A DNA stretch of 64,000 bases from the NCBI GenBank assembly GCA_964016885.1, contig OZ024743.1, positions 314,898,001-314,962,000 on the forward strand. Direction: 5' to 3'. Both the position numbers and the translations under genes were made by a program. This document shows positions 26,937-39,878 of this stretch, piece after piece. The stretch comes from Eledone cirrhosa (taxonomy: Eukaryota). Numbering within the stretch: position 1 is the stretch's first letter; each line of letters begins with the position of its first letter. Below the pieces are notes generated by a model. That model searched no databases and had not been told where the DNA came from. It saw nothing but the letters and a program-made list of their open reading frames with translations.

Positions 26937-28890
26937 CACTGTTTTGTGTTCAGCAGTGGTTTGTATTTTCTAATAAAGAATTCTTCTTTATATTTTCGGA
27001 AATGTTCGTTGACCGACCATATCCTAAAGAAGGGGAACATTGTGAAATTTCCCTTTTCGCATGTTGCGAAGTGTTCACTGCATGGGTGTTTCTGACAGAG
27101 GGGTCTCTAATTTGTATTCGAACTCTGTCATGTAGACCCGTTCCGGTTTCACCATTGTAGTATTATTTACATTGTGGGCAGGTTGCACAGTAAATCAAGT
27201 TTTAGGTTTTGCAATTCATTTTGCATTACCTGTGAAAGACTGGTTGTTTATAAAGGAGATTTCCCCACCCTCTTCAATGTGTTCACAACTTCGGCATCGA
27301 GGGTCTCCGCATTTCTTAACTTTCATTGCTTCATTATTAGACGTACATTTTGCCTTGGTAAGCAGTTTCTTTATGTTTGGTGCTTGGCGTCTACTATATA
27401 TAATTTGTGCGTCTTTTATGAGTGCATTCATTTTAGTGGAGTGCTCGAGGAGATATTGCTTGGATTCAAGTATTGGTGTGTGTCTGTTGGTTTGTAAAAT
27501 AAGTCCGTTTTGATATTTCCCCTTCCCTAATGATAAGGATATCCAGAAATGGTGGTTCCTTTTTATTACATTCCATGGTGAATTTTATTTCTTCGTGATG
27601 AATGTTTATGATGGAATGGAATCTTTGCAGATCTTCTTGGCTTCTATTCCAGAGGTTGAAGCAGTCGTCTAGGTAGCGATTCCAGTTGTAATTAATCTAG
27701 GTGGCGAAGTCATGACTGAATGTCTCCTGCAGTTTGGAATGTAATTTTGCCTCTGGTGGCCCATAACGAGTGTTGCATATGTTGGGGCCACTTTGGTGCC
27801 CATGGCCGAGGTGGTTGTTCTCCAGTACTAGTTTGAGTTCTTCCAAAATAAATTTTTGGGGCAATCTCTCTGAAATGAAGTCTGGGTATTTTGTAATCCA
27901 GAAGTTAACAGCTTCAACTGCTGAGTCGTCTGGGATGTTAGTATATAAGCTTGTTACGTCAAAGCTGACTAAGATTGTTTCTTGGTGTACTTTCTGGGGG
28001 ATATAGTTCAGCAATTCCATATCATCTCTGATGAAGCTTGGCACTTTTTTACATAAGGGTTTCAGTATGATGTCTAATAGGTTGCTTAGACGTTGTGTGA
28101 TTGAGGCTGACCAGCAACAATTGGGCGTAATTTTAAATCTGTCGGTTTTGCTACTTCAACATATGATGTATTTTTGCCTTTTATGTTGTTTTGGATTTCT
28201 CTGTATTTGTGAACATTCGGTAAACCATAGAAATTGCTGGCTTTCATTTCGAAGATGGTAAAGTAATTGATATCCTTTAGTGTGAGGTTGTTTTGGTACT
28301 TGGTCGTTAGTTTGCCTACTTTAATCATCGATTTTCTTTGTTCGTTTTTGTTGATTTTTCTGTAAAAGTCCTCGTTATTCAACTGTTCTAGGGCCATATC
28401 CTTGTGGTGGTTTTTGTCCATGCTGATGATTGTTCCACCTTTGTCCGCTTTTTTTATGATTATTGAGGAGTCTTTTTGTAGTTTGTTTAGTGTTTGCAGT
28501 TGGTCTGTAAGGATGTTGTCTTCGTATTTCGTCTCTGCAATATTTGACTGTGCCGATCGTCGGAGGCAGGTGTTTGTCTCTATTTAATGGAGGCCTGAAG
28601 TTCCTTGTGTTTCTTACTAGTGATTCCTCCTCGTATTCTACACCCTGGAAGAATTCTCCTAGACGTAATTTTTCACAAAATTCTTCTGTGTCTTTTATAA
28701 GGTCGGCTTCATCTGCTTTTGGAGTGGGTGTGAATTTCAGTGCATTTTCTAACAATTTTATTTCCTGCAGTGTTAGTTTTTTTGCCGATATGTTGATTAT
28801 TTTTGGTTCATTTTGAGTTCTCTCGTCGAGTGCCACTTGAAGGGTGGTGTATTTCTTTTTGTTCCTTTCATTTGGTGTCAGGCACCATGT
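26937..28890 (-). mobile_element. Decayed Penelope-like element (RT and GIY-YIG endonuclease)
   Basis: LKFTPTP, FYGLPNVHK, LRPIVAG, LVSFDVTSLYTNIP, WNRYLDDC, CGDPRCRSC and YNGETG..HDRV..FFIRKYKPLLN across frameshifted ORFs. Confidence 0.92.
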
Positions 28891-28930
28891 TCTAAAAAAT
28901 AATTCCTATTTGAGGTAGCGGTACTTATAT

Positions 28931-29030
<100 letters not shown>

Positions 29031-29036
29031 GTTTCA

Positions 29037-29079
<43 letters not shown>

Positions 29080-29080
<1 letters not shown>

Positions 29081-29141
29081 GTTTCAGAAGATCCCGTTAA
29101 GGGTGAAAGCAGCGATTCTTTGCTTAAACTTTAATCTGTTA

Positions 29142-29148
<7 letters not shown>
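29080..29148 (+). ncRNA. Variant hammerhead-like motif (CAGAAGA core); near-identical copy at 38262-38330
   Basis: AGTTT-CAGAAGA-TCCC/GTTAA/GGGT-GAAAGCAGCG/ATT/CGTTGCT-T-AAACT (38262 copy; one mismatch here), followed by (TA)n. Confidence 0.5.
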
Positions 29149-29184
<36 letters not shown>

Positions 29185-29266
29185 GGTGTTGGATGCCTAA
29201 TGCGACCGTATGCGGTAGGCCGTATGAGCACTCGATGCTCTCATAGAGCGGAGTATGATATCACAT

Positions 29267-29379
<113 letters not shown>

Positions 29380-29506
29380 TGTTGTACTTTGGGAGGGACA
29401 CGCTGACAATATAAATACATGCATGCATCGGCTGGTTTTCACTTCAATTTATTATACATTTCCGGGTGGTTGTTTGGTTAGATAACCGGATGGTTGTTTA
29501 TATATC

Positions 29507-29549
29507 GTCAAAGCTCTTTCGTCACAAATTCTGTGACTTCCTCAGTGAC
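29507..29549 (-). ncRNA. Minimal type I hammerhead motif
   Basis: Minus strand: GTCA-CTGAGGA-AGTCAC/AGAATTT/GTGAC-GAAAGAGCTT-TGAC. Confidence 0.65.
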
Positions 29550-29796
29550 TTTTTTCTGTCTCTTCTTTGATCTGTCCTACACCATCATAGGACATAGAAA
29601 ATAGAGGCCCGACACAATTCGGGGGTAGTCTGCCTGTTCAGTGCTACAACAGCACCAAACCATCCCCGAATTTCAACCGACTCCAATTGATCCGGCTGGA
29701 TGATATAAACTTATTTTACTCAGGTTCTACACCTGGGTTTCCTGCCGGTTGGTTTTGCTCCTAAAATCTGTTATATAAATTAGTTATTCATTCTTA

Positions 29797-30010
29797 TGGC
29801 GGTGGATTGGCAGAATCGGAGGAGCGTCGGACACCCTGCTCCGGGGCATTGAGTTACGGCTCTTGACATTCTGAGTTCGAATCCCGCCGAGGATAGCTTT
29901 GCCTTTCATCATTACGGGGTCGATAAAATAAAGCACCAGTAATGCACTGTGGTCGATATAATCGACTTCTCCTCCCCTAAATTTCTGGCCTTGTGCCTAT
30001 AGTAGAAATC
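29797..30010 (+). mobile_element. Full-length tRNA-derived SINE (longer subfamily) with TSD ATTCTTATGG
   Basis: SINE consensus with the extra GGTCGATATAATCGACTT segment. Confidence 0.9.
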
Positions 30011-30614
30011 ATTCTTATGGAAAGGTGCGCGACTAGCTGGCAACAATAATATCTAGCGATCGTAAACAGCGAGTTTGGTTCTGAATTGGAACGCAACTTA
30101 TGGCACTTTGTTCTAGTTCACCTAGATGGAAATACGAAAACAAGCAACAGCTGGGGTTAAACACTGTGATAGGCTTTCCGCCCGTCCCAGTGGCGATTTT
30201 ACTCTCAGTTGCTCAAAGAAAGTGGACCTAAGATAGGCTCCGGTATGATGAGCTTCTGGGTTTGTGACAAATGTTAACGTCATTTAATTTATTTTCATAC
30301 ATACATGTGGAATCTCTCATTTTGTGTAAATGTGAGTAGACAATCTTCAATATCTATGTCATATGTTATAACAATAATTTCAGAATCTATGAATGATCCG
30401 TCTATTATTCTAGTATAGTGCTCACTCAATAATTCTTCGTAATCGAATTTATTATGCATTCATAATGATACGTCATACTATAATGTTTCATCTCATATTA
30501 AAGCTTAGACAACAATGTGGCTTTAATTAAATATATCACTTTCTTTATATTTTTCAGGTAAGAAATTCATATTCCGACTATCAACGCAGAGACCCATATA
30601 TGTGCAACAATATA

Positions 30615-30651
<37 letters not shown>

Positions 30652-30846
30652 GTATATATATGGGTCCAGTTTTTAATGTAAGTGGCATGTACCCAATAAA
30701 CCTATATGCTTAAAAATTGTTCTTTGTGAATTTTATTTGAATTTTATAGGGGTCTCTAATCGTCAGAAGCACTGGTTAATACCATAGCAATACACAGTTC
30801 ACTTCCCTCAGACAATAGACTGGAACTATAGATATATATTTTTCTA

Positions 30847-30975
<129 letters not shown>

Positions 30976-32465
30976 AGATGTGTGTGTATATGTTTGTATA
31001 AATGTGCTTGTTTCAATGTCGTGTTTGAACATTTATGCATGAATTTATAGCTAAGAATATTTCGCTAAGTATAATCACGTTTTCATAACTGTACATATAT
31101 TTGAGATCTGAAGCTCCTGTTTTCATCTATCAATCGTATCTATGATTGTGGTGACATGGATTGACTCATCCTGCACATTTGTTCATCGATCTGTTAACAC
31201 AATTATTGGTAATCGTCAGAAAAATCAGACAATCTAATTTGAAGAGAAAATCAGTTTTTTGCATGATATTGGGAGTGGAAAAAATGGTTGTCTGTTCTCA
31301 ATAGACATTCGACTAAATCAACGATATTCAACTAGGCGATATTAGGTGATTTCTTGTCAGTTTCCATTATTTTTTTTCATAAATTTATATTTTACATGCT
31401 TTTACAGTTATTCCATATATTTTCTCTTTTACATTTAATGTGCTATGAATATATTGTTTTTCAACATTTTCTTCTTAAAATGCATATATTTGCCGTGCGT
31501 GTTTATTATTGTAAAATTCTTCTCAAATATTTTTTTATGATTGTCAATAAAAAGCGTAATAAATATTATAATGAGTTAATGGGTCTCATATTTTACACAC
31601 TGAACACTTTGTCACACAATAAACTCTTTACAATGGTTTTTGCTGTTATTGCAAACGTGTTGTCTTTATAGCATCAGAAACAATGCTTGTTTTGCCTTCC
31701 CCTTACATCTCAGCCGTTTATATAATTCACTAAATTCCAACTCATTCAAATATGCATTAACCACACAATCTTTACACATTCACGTGAATGCTTTTTATCT
31801 GTGAGAGTGTCTTTGTGGAAGATATGAAGCGTGTAATTATGAAAGGAATATTGCTTATAATTAGGAACAAATCTATAATTAGGTAATAATGATAACATTT
31901 TCAACACTTGATAACAGATTCATATAGAATATCGGCTTCAATGAGACCTAACGAGTTATCGAATTTTCTTGAAACTCGAATAACAGGGGGGCCTTTTAGA
32001 AAAAGATAGTAGCCTCTAAGGCGTAAACGATGTCTGTCGGTTCTCTAGATACTAGAAATATTGTCAATTGCTGTAGGATTTTAATAAAAATAAAAATATA
32101 AGAGACGAAAGAAATATACAAGACATGTATTTGTCTGGCGTTTTACAGTTTCTGGAACTCCATATCTCAATACATAAAGCTAACGTTTCCCATATTAAAA
32201 AATTTCAAACGTCTCCCAGCCCTCAAGACTCATCAGGCAGATCTTTATACTTGTTTCTCTGTCAATAAGTCTCAGTTGCATATAAAATGGATATGGTAGG
32301 GGTAGAATTGTTAACTCAGCCTATCAATGATATGTGTTTCGCATCAGTGGAAAACAGATGTGAAGGCTTGCGTGACTTGAACGCCAAGACGAAATAGTTT
32401 GAAAACACACACACAGACACTCACACACACGTACTCAGAGACAAACACAATCTCTCTGTCTCTCC

Positions 32466-32544
<79 letters not shown>

Positions 32545-32628
32545 ACGAAGGAAATGTGGTAAGGAACCAGGTGGACCATAGCGCACCAAAGTACTCAATA
32601 CTTAGGGTAGTAGAGTGGGTATTACTTG

Positions 32629-32691
<63 letters not shown>

Positions 32692-32972
32692 TATATATAT
32701 ATTAGAAAGTGAGTTTTTTTTTACAAAATGAAAAATAACCGAGGTGTCCTACACGAGTGAAAGTATAAAGAAAAAGAGATGAAATCGAAAATGCAACTGG
32801 GTTCTATTTAACAATATATATATATTTCTTTGGTTCCTTTACCGGTTTCGCAGCTCTTCAGCTTTTTCAAAAGTAGAGTTGAAATGGAGGGTCTGTGGTT
32901 TTTCTCACATCCGTATATACATATATACACATATATATATATATATACATATATAAATACAGATATATATAA

Positions 32973-33043
<71 letters not shown>

Positions 33044-33098
33044 TATATATAAATATATACTAAATAAAGAACGCCTATATACTCAAACAATTTTTATT

Positions 33099-33145
33099 CG
33101 CTAACAATGTTTCATCCATACCATGGGGCAGGAATCATCAGAGCG
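33099..33145 (-). ncRNA. Minimal type I hammerhead motif
   Basis: Minus strand: CGCT-CTGATGA-TTCC...GGAT-GAAAC-ATT-GTT-AGCG; stem I CGCT/AGCG. Confidence 0.7.
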
Positions 33146-33344
33146 TTATAAACACAAATATTGTGTTCAATTTTAGCTCTATCAAGCTTAGTCACCAGAA
33201 CAGTAGAGATACAGTACAGGATAGTCAGATTGAGATTGAAAATGTGAAGGATGGAAGAATGCGTAATGGGGTTGTTAGTCAACACTATAGAAAAATCTGA
33301 GAAAACAAGCAGATTTCTTCACAAAAATGTGAGGCATATATATA

Positions 33345-33442
<98 letters not shown>

Positions 33443-33599
33443 AATATAAATGTTGAAGTTTCTCTTGAAAATTGAAAAAGTCAGAGGAATGAAGAGTGCT
33501 CTATGTAAGTCACAGAACTAAATATCCAATGTATAATAAACAATGCAGTATAATTACCTCATTACCAGAGGTAATTATACTGTATTGTTTATTATACAT

Positions 33600-33660
<61 letters not shown>

Positions 33661-33734
33661 TTAGGGTAAACATTGATGCAATTCAATTCAAGCACACAAC
33701 GTACTTATTCCACAGAGGAGTGACGGAGTAAATA

Positions 33735-34635
33735 TCGAATAAGGAAAAGCGAAGTAGTTTTAGATGTTCAAGTCTTTTAATAATAATGCTGTGATATATA
33801 TTTCAATAGCGACAGTGGACACAGTGTTCCGTGCGCCATTTCCGCAACAACGTCAGACAGCTTGTTACATAATAATGTTGTTTCCGAGGCAATACAAATT
33901 TAATCGACATGGGAACGGACGAATTTTGTGCTCTTGGGTTCCCTTGTGAGTACCAATTCACTCCCACCGGTCTGCGCAGGCGCAGGTCCGAAGACCGTTA
34001 GCTGCCGCGGATTTCAACGAAATTCGCTTAGTCAGTTCCACCTCTCACCAATCAATGACTCATTCAGACCTTTTATATATAGCTTACTGCTACTTACCCC
34101 GTCTGTGGCAGTCAGTCGAAAGCCAATGGGGATGGGAGAGTGTGAGTGTCTATAGGTCGCAAAACTACCCCTCATTAAGCATGGACAGTATAAGTGACCA
34201 TCAACCTCTAAGAGAAAATATACTTAATTCTAGGTATCATGGTTTCACAGTGGAAGTTATGAATAAGAGTTGGAAATTAGAACTAAAAATTAAAAATTAC
34301 AAATCAAAAATCAGAAATCAAATATTAATAATTAGAAATTAAAAATTAATAATTAAAATTTAAAAAATTAAAAAAATTTAAACATTTTCCAGTGAGAATC
34401 TAGATTGGGGTGAGTGAAAAAAATATAGATTGAAGTGGGTGAATCTATGCACCTATACTATTTACTACGTAGAGAGATGTTTAAGTAAGAAGTTTTGAAA
34501 GGGGTATTAATGTTACAGTTATATTATCTACATACTGAGTGATAGTACCGTACAGTAGAACGGAGGGTAAATTACAGTATGAAAGGTAGTGTTTAGTCGG
34601 GTACATAGTTAGAATTTACATCACATGGAACAGAA
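33735..34635 (-). mobile_element. Second copy of the 8490-9352 non-coding repeat (hammerhead core decayed)
   Basis: ORF-track peptides at 9037-9324 and 33764-33949 share MFKSFNNNAVIYIS..QTACYII, reflecting DNA similarity. Confidence 0.8.
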
Positions 34636-34668
34636 CCCAAATTCTCTCTCTATATATATATAACAAGT

Positions 34669-34717
<49 letters not shown>

Positions 34718-34895
34718 ATCTACCAAAATGTACGGTAGTGTCCAATCCGTATGAAGAACTCAATGTAATACGAATATCATGAAAAGAGAAGATGTATTCA
34801 AACATTTTTTGCGATGAAAAATTAGGAAAACAGAGTCAAGAAAAATTAATAAAAATAATGAATAAACAAAGAAACAGATCCTTATATTAAAAAAT

Positions 34896-35033
34896 TCATC
34901 ATTTTACGATTGTTTCTAGGATATATATGTTAGTGTTGGTATACATATCATATAGATCTATGTAAAATGTTTACAAACTATCAGAAGGAATATACATACC
35001 TACACATATATATGCTGTCTTCAGAAATAATGA
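34896..35033 (-). ncRNA. Type I hammerhead motif with ~100-nt stem II insertion
   Basis: Minus strand: TCATTATTT-CTGAAGA-CAGCATATATATGT...ACATATATATCCTA-GAAAC-AATC-GTA-AAATGATGA. Confidence 0.65.
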
Positions 35034-35980
35034 TATTTGTTTATTGAAAAAAAACAACAAAGATTTAATATAATAGGTCTGTTTGGGAACAGGTTTTGAA
35101 TTGACCAATAGAAAGATAGTGAATGACAAGATGGTAAAACAGTAGTAATAGAGCCTTAATTTAGGGGTAGAGGAAGGTAGATTTCAGTTTTAGATGAAAA
35201 GAATATTATGAATGAAAGATTATTTTAGGGATGAAAATAGGTCATATGCTGTCTTCAGAAATAATTATATGTGTTCATTGAATAAAACCAACAAAGATTT
35301 AATATAATAGGTCTGTTTGGGAACAGGTTTTGAATTGACCAGTAGAAAGGTAATAACTGGCCAAATGGTATAATAGTAGTAATGGAACTTTAATATAAGG
35401 GTAGAAGAAGGCAGATTTTAGTTTTGAATGGAAGGAGTATGATGAATGAAAAGGTTATTTTAGGGGTGAAAATAGGTCAGGTCGGTAAAAGGTACACGAA
35501 AAATTGCTGTTATAAAAGAACAATGCCATTGTAAATATCTAAGGAGACTAAAATGTTACGATAAAAGTGTTATTGAAAAAAATATATGGAATTTACATCT
35601 ATGAAAATAAAATGAATTAATTAAATTGATAGGTATATTTATATTGATAAAATCATATTAATGCATATAGATATGATAAATAAGAGTTAGATGTAATTGA
35701 AGAGTGCTGTTAAAAACGAGGGGAAATGAAAAAAAAAAAAATTATTGTGGGGGGGGGGGTAACATTATTAGTGAGAAATAACAAATATATAGAGATTACA
35801 AGGAACATAGAATCATAACCTGAAATTAAGACAGTATAAATGTATACTTAATGGTATCAATTTTAGGAAACGATAGTTGTAAAAGGGAAATAAAATTATG
35901 TAGTTCATCAGTAGCAGAATATTAATTATAGGTTAACTAAATTTAAAAAAATGATATTATAATAATTTCTAAAGTGTATA

Positions 35981-36505
35981 TTAATTAGGTTTATAATATT
36001 TAAAGGTTTTTCTCAGTTTATGATTACACGATATTATTAATTCCTGTCGCTTATTTAATAGGATATCCTTAGATTTCATTATTTCGAAAAGTTCTTGGGA
36101 ACACAATCTACATTCATATCTATTATTTTGATAAGGGGTGGCCCTTTTGAGCACACTCCAGGTCAGGTCATAATCTAAATTCCTCTTTCTATAATTATTA
36201 ATTATTTCAGCTAAAGATGTTGTATTAGCCAATGCGGCATTTTTAAAACTGTGTTTGTGGGTATTAAATCTTACTTTAAATTGGTTAGAGGTAGCTCCTA
36301 TATATGAATACATTGAGTCCTTAGTGTTAACTTTACATTTATATACTATGTTATTAACAAGGCAGTTTCCTTTTAATGGGTAATTTGCTTTGTGTCTACA
36401 GTTACAACTTTTCGTGAATCCTGTATCAGAGGAGATATTATGGTTAGTTTGATGTATTGGTGGTATACGCATGGCTTTTTTTACATTTATATGCATTATA
36501 GGCAC
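35981..36505 (-). CDS. Penelope GIY-YIG endonuclease domain (truncated ORF)
   Basis: SCNCR...PLKGNCLVNNIVYKC...YIGAT..FKVRFNTHKHSF...CRLC..E...LNKRQEL..CNH. Confidence 0.85.
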   Translation of the reverse strand: MPIMHINVKKAMRIPPIHQTNHNISSDTGFTKSCNCRHKANYPLKGNCLVNNIVYKCKVNTKDSMYSYIGATSNQFKVRFNTHKHSFKNAALANTTSLAEIINNYRKRNLDYDLTWSVLKRATPYQNNRYECRLCSQELFEIMKSKDILLNKRQELIISCNHKLRKTFKYYKPN

Positions 36506-37050
36506 TTATATTTTGTTTTATGTTTTTGGTTGTTGATTAGGAGAATTTAACCGTTGATCTATTTAAAATGTGATGGTATTTGTGGTTTGGCGGGAAGTTC
36601 TTCTCTAGGATAGTAAAACATTTTTTAGGTATATTATCTTTAATATACTCCTTCCATTCAAAACTGAAATCTGCCTTCTTCTACCCCTAAATTAAAGTTC
36701 CATTACTACTATTATACCATTTGGCCAGTTATTACCTTTCTAATGGTCAATTCAAAATCTGTTCCCAAACAGACCTATTATATTAAATATTTGTTGGTTT
36801 TATTCAATGAACAAATATAATTATTTCTGAAGACAGCATATGACCTATATTCATCCCTAAAATAATCTTTCATTCATAATATTTTTTCCATCCAAAACTG
36901 AGATCTACCTTCCTCTACCCTTAAATTAAGGCTCTATTACTACTATTTTACCATCTTCACCTTCACTATCTTTCTATTGGTACATTCAAAACCTGTTCCC
37001 AAACAGACCTATTGTATTAAATCTTTGTTGATTTTTTCAATAAACAAATA

Positions 37051-37190
37051 TCATTATTTCTGAAGACAGCATATATATATGTGTAGGTATGTATATTCCT
37101 TCTGATAGTTTTTAAAACTTTTACATAGATCTATATGATATACATACCAACACTAACATATATATCCTAGAAACGATCGTAAAATTATGA
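37051..37190 (+). ncRNA. Type I hammerhead motif with ~100-nt stem II insertion (mirror of 34896-35033)
   Basis: TCATTATTT-CTGAAGA-CAGCATATATAT...ATATATATCCTA-GAAAC-GATC-GTA-AAATTATGA. Confidence 0.65.
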
Positions 37191-37239
37191 ATTTTTTAAT
37201 ATAAAGAACTGTTTCTTTGTTTATTCATTATTTTTATTA

Positions 37240-37337
<98 letters not shown>

Positions 37338-37363
37338 ATATATAATAGAATGTATATATATAT

Positions 37364-37657
37364 ATATAATAGAAAACGAAAAATCAGTGATGCATCTGAA
37401 CTCAATTTATTGTGTTACAATTGTTTCGCCGGCGGACAGCTCGAGACGTGATCATTGTTTGGATCTGTCTGATTGTGGACACACAGGTTCAACGGACAGG
37501 TCTAATGATTTCGGAGCATATTCTCCGAGAATATGCTCCGAAATCATTAGACAGATCCACACAATGATCAGGTCTCGAGCTGGCCGCCGGCGAAACAATT
37601 GTAAAACACAATAAATTTAGTTCAGATGCATCACTGATTTTTCGTTTTCTATTATAT
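37364..37657. repeat. Inverted repeat (~107-bp arms) with a nested perfect palindrome at 37500-37552
   Basis: Arms 37364-37470 / 37549-37657 carry the 3' hammerhead half CGAAACAATTGTA. Central GTCTAATGATTTCGGAGCATATTCTC-C-GAGAATATGCTCCGAAATCATTAGAC. Confidence 0.9.
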
Positions 37658-37759
37658 CATACTCTGTTCTGTAAGAGCATAGAGTGCTCAACCGGCATAC
37701 CGCCTATGGAAGCATCTTAGCTAGCATCAGACACACACACACACACAGACAAACACTCT

Positions 37760-37903
<144 letters not shown>

Positions 37904-38363
37904 TATACACACATATATATCTGTCCAAAGATTTTAGTCTTCAAATTTATTATTTGCGTGCAATTGTTCTCAACGCTCCACATATTGACATATTATCTTC
38001 GTTTATTCCGTTCATTGTCCGAGAACGTCTCCACGAACCACCTAATAGAATATTAGTCTACAACTTCATTTATACCATAAACGTGGTTCTGTCTTTGCGT
38101 GTAATTGTCTTCCACGGTCCAAATAATGACGTATTATCTTCGTTTTTTTCCGTTCTTTGCCAGGGAACATTTCCACGAACCAAGGTATCGTCTTCCTGTC
38201 TTCCTCCGGTTGCAACCTTTTTTTGAAATATTTACTTCTGCGTTCACATATTGACTTTTTTAGTTTCAGAAGATCCCGTTAAGGGTGAAAGCAGCGATTC
38301 GTTGCTTAAACTTTAATCTGTTATTTTAATAAATATCTATATCTCTCTCTATATATATGTATA

Positions 38364-38457
<94 letters not shown>

Positions 38458-38904
38458 GTTCAAGAGTAACCAATCTTAAAGAGAGAGATGGGGATAGTAG
38501 AGGAGATATGAGAAGAACGATTCGTGAATTAGTTAGAAGCCAAAGCGTAAAGGCATGTGCTCAATGTGCAATATGCAGTAGAAAGCAGCGAGGTGGCTGG
38601 GTTCATGCAGAACTAGGTGCGCAGAGCTGGAAATATTGATTAGTTAAGCAAAACAAGACCACAAACTTCACAAGGAAGATATTATTAAAAGATTGTCAGC
38701 ATATTTTAGTTTGATGTAAGGAATGTAGAGAATAATAATAATAATATTAATAATAATAGTGTCCGTTTACAATTGTTTCGCTACTCCATATAATATTTCT
38801 GGATCAGATGACTATATATCATAATTGATCTGGTTCCGTTGAAAATAATTAACATATTTAAAAAAACAGAGTGGCTCATCGGAACTCAAAGGAATATAAA
38901 TTAA

Positions 38905-39092
38905 AATAATTGTTTCTACTTTAGGCACAAGGCCAGCAATTACCAGTGCATTACTGGTACTTTATTTTATCGACCCCGTAAGGATGAAAGGCAAAGTCAA
39001 CCTCGGCGGGATTTGAACTCAGATCGTAAAGGGACGTAACTATGCTGGAAAGCATGGCGTCCGACCCTCTACCGATACTGCCAATCCACCGC
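38905..39092 (-). mobile_element. tRNA-derived SINE (left arm)
   Basis: SINE consensus, reverse complement. Confidence 0.9.
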
Positions 39093-39266
39093 CAATCCAT
39101 CAGCTGTCAGCCATAATCAAGCAGTATTCATATGTCGAGGCTGCATTGTGTGATTTCACACAATGCAGCCTCGACATATGAATACTGCTTGATTATGGCT
39201 GACAGCTGATGCAACCAAGACACCATAGTAAAAACCAATATATGGAACATTATATTATGTAACAAA

Positions 39267-39450
39267 GCGGTGGATTGGCAGTATCGGTAGAGGGTCGGAC
39301 GCCATGCATTCCAGCATAGTTACGTCCCTTTACGATCTGAGTACAAATCCCGCCGAGGTTGACTTTGCCTTTCATCCTTACGGGGTCGATAAAATAAAGT
39401 ACCAGTAAAGCACCTGGTAATTGCTGGCCTTGTGCCTAAAGTAGAAACAA
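39267..39450 (+). mobile_element. tRNA-derived SINE (right arm) with TSD ATTATATTATGTAACA
   Basis: SINE consensus flanked by a direct repeat at about 39249 and 39450. Confidence 0.9.
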
Positions 39451-39488
39451 TTATATTATGTAACATTATTTTAATTGATATATCCTTT

Positions 39489-39612
39489 GAGTTCCGATGA
39501 GCCACTCTGTTTTTTAAATATATTAATTATTTTCAACTGAACCAGATCAATAATGATATATAGTCATCTGATCCAGAAATATTATATGGAGTAACGAAAC
39601 AATTGTAAACGG
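39489..39612 (+). ncRNA. Hammerhead-like motif with ~95-nt stem II insertion (mirror at about 38765-38885, minus)
   Basis: GTT-CCGATGA-GCCACTCT...GGAGTA(A/G)C-GAAAC-AATT-GTA-AAC; U4 to C change in the core. Confidence 0.55.
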
Positions 39613-39735
39613 ACATTATTATTATTAATATTATTATTATTATTCTCTACATTCCTTACATCAAACTAAATCATGTTGACAATCTTTTAATAATGTCTTC
39701 CTTGTGAAGTGTGTGGTGTTGTTTTGCTTAACTAA

Positions 39736-39784
<49 letters not shown>

Positions 39785-39847
39785 ATAATAATATATATGA
39801 AGACTAAAATCCAAATATCTATATATATGTATATATATATAAATATC

Positions 39848-39878
<31 letters not shown>

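Larger units (their letters stand above)
34720..37243 (-). mobile_element. 5'-truncated Penelope-like element with GIY-YIG ORF and inverted pseudo-LTR (arms about 34845-35440 / 36645-37243)
   Basis: About 600-bp arms in inverted orientation around the GIY-YIG ORF, with an internal ~235-bp tandem duplication. Flanked by (TA)n/(GA)n. Confidence 0.9.
38633..39742. repeat. Large inverted repeat (~460-bp arms, each with a SINE and a hammerhead-like motif) with a nested perfect 56-bp-arm palindrome at 39098-39211
   Basis: Arms about 38633-39092 / 39267-39742; palindrome CATCAGCTG...GTGTGA-TT-TCACAC...CAGCTGATG. Confidence 0.92.

Noticed and set aside
39098-39211. Viral or linear-plasmid hairpin telomere
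   Set aside because: No replication or capsid genes nearby; the context is Penelope/SINE DNA.
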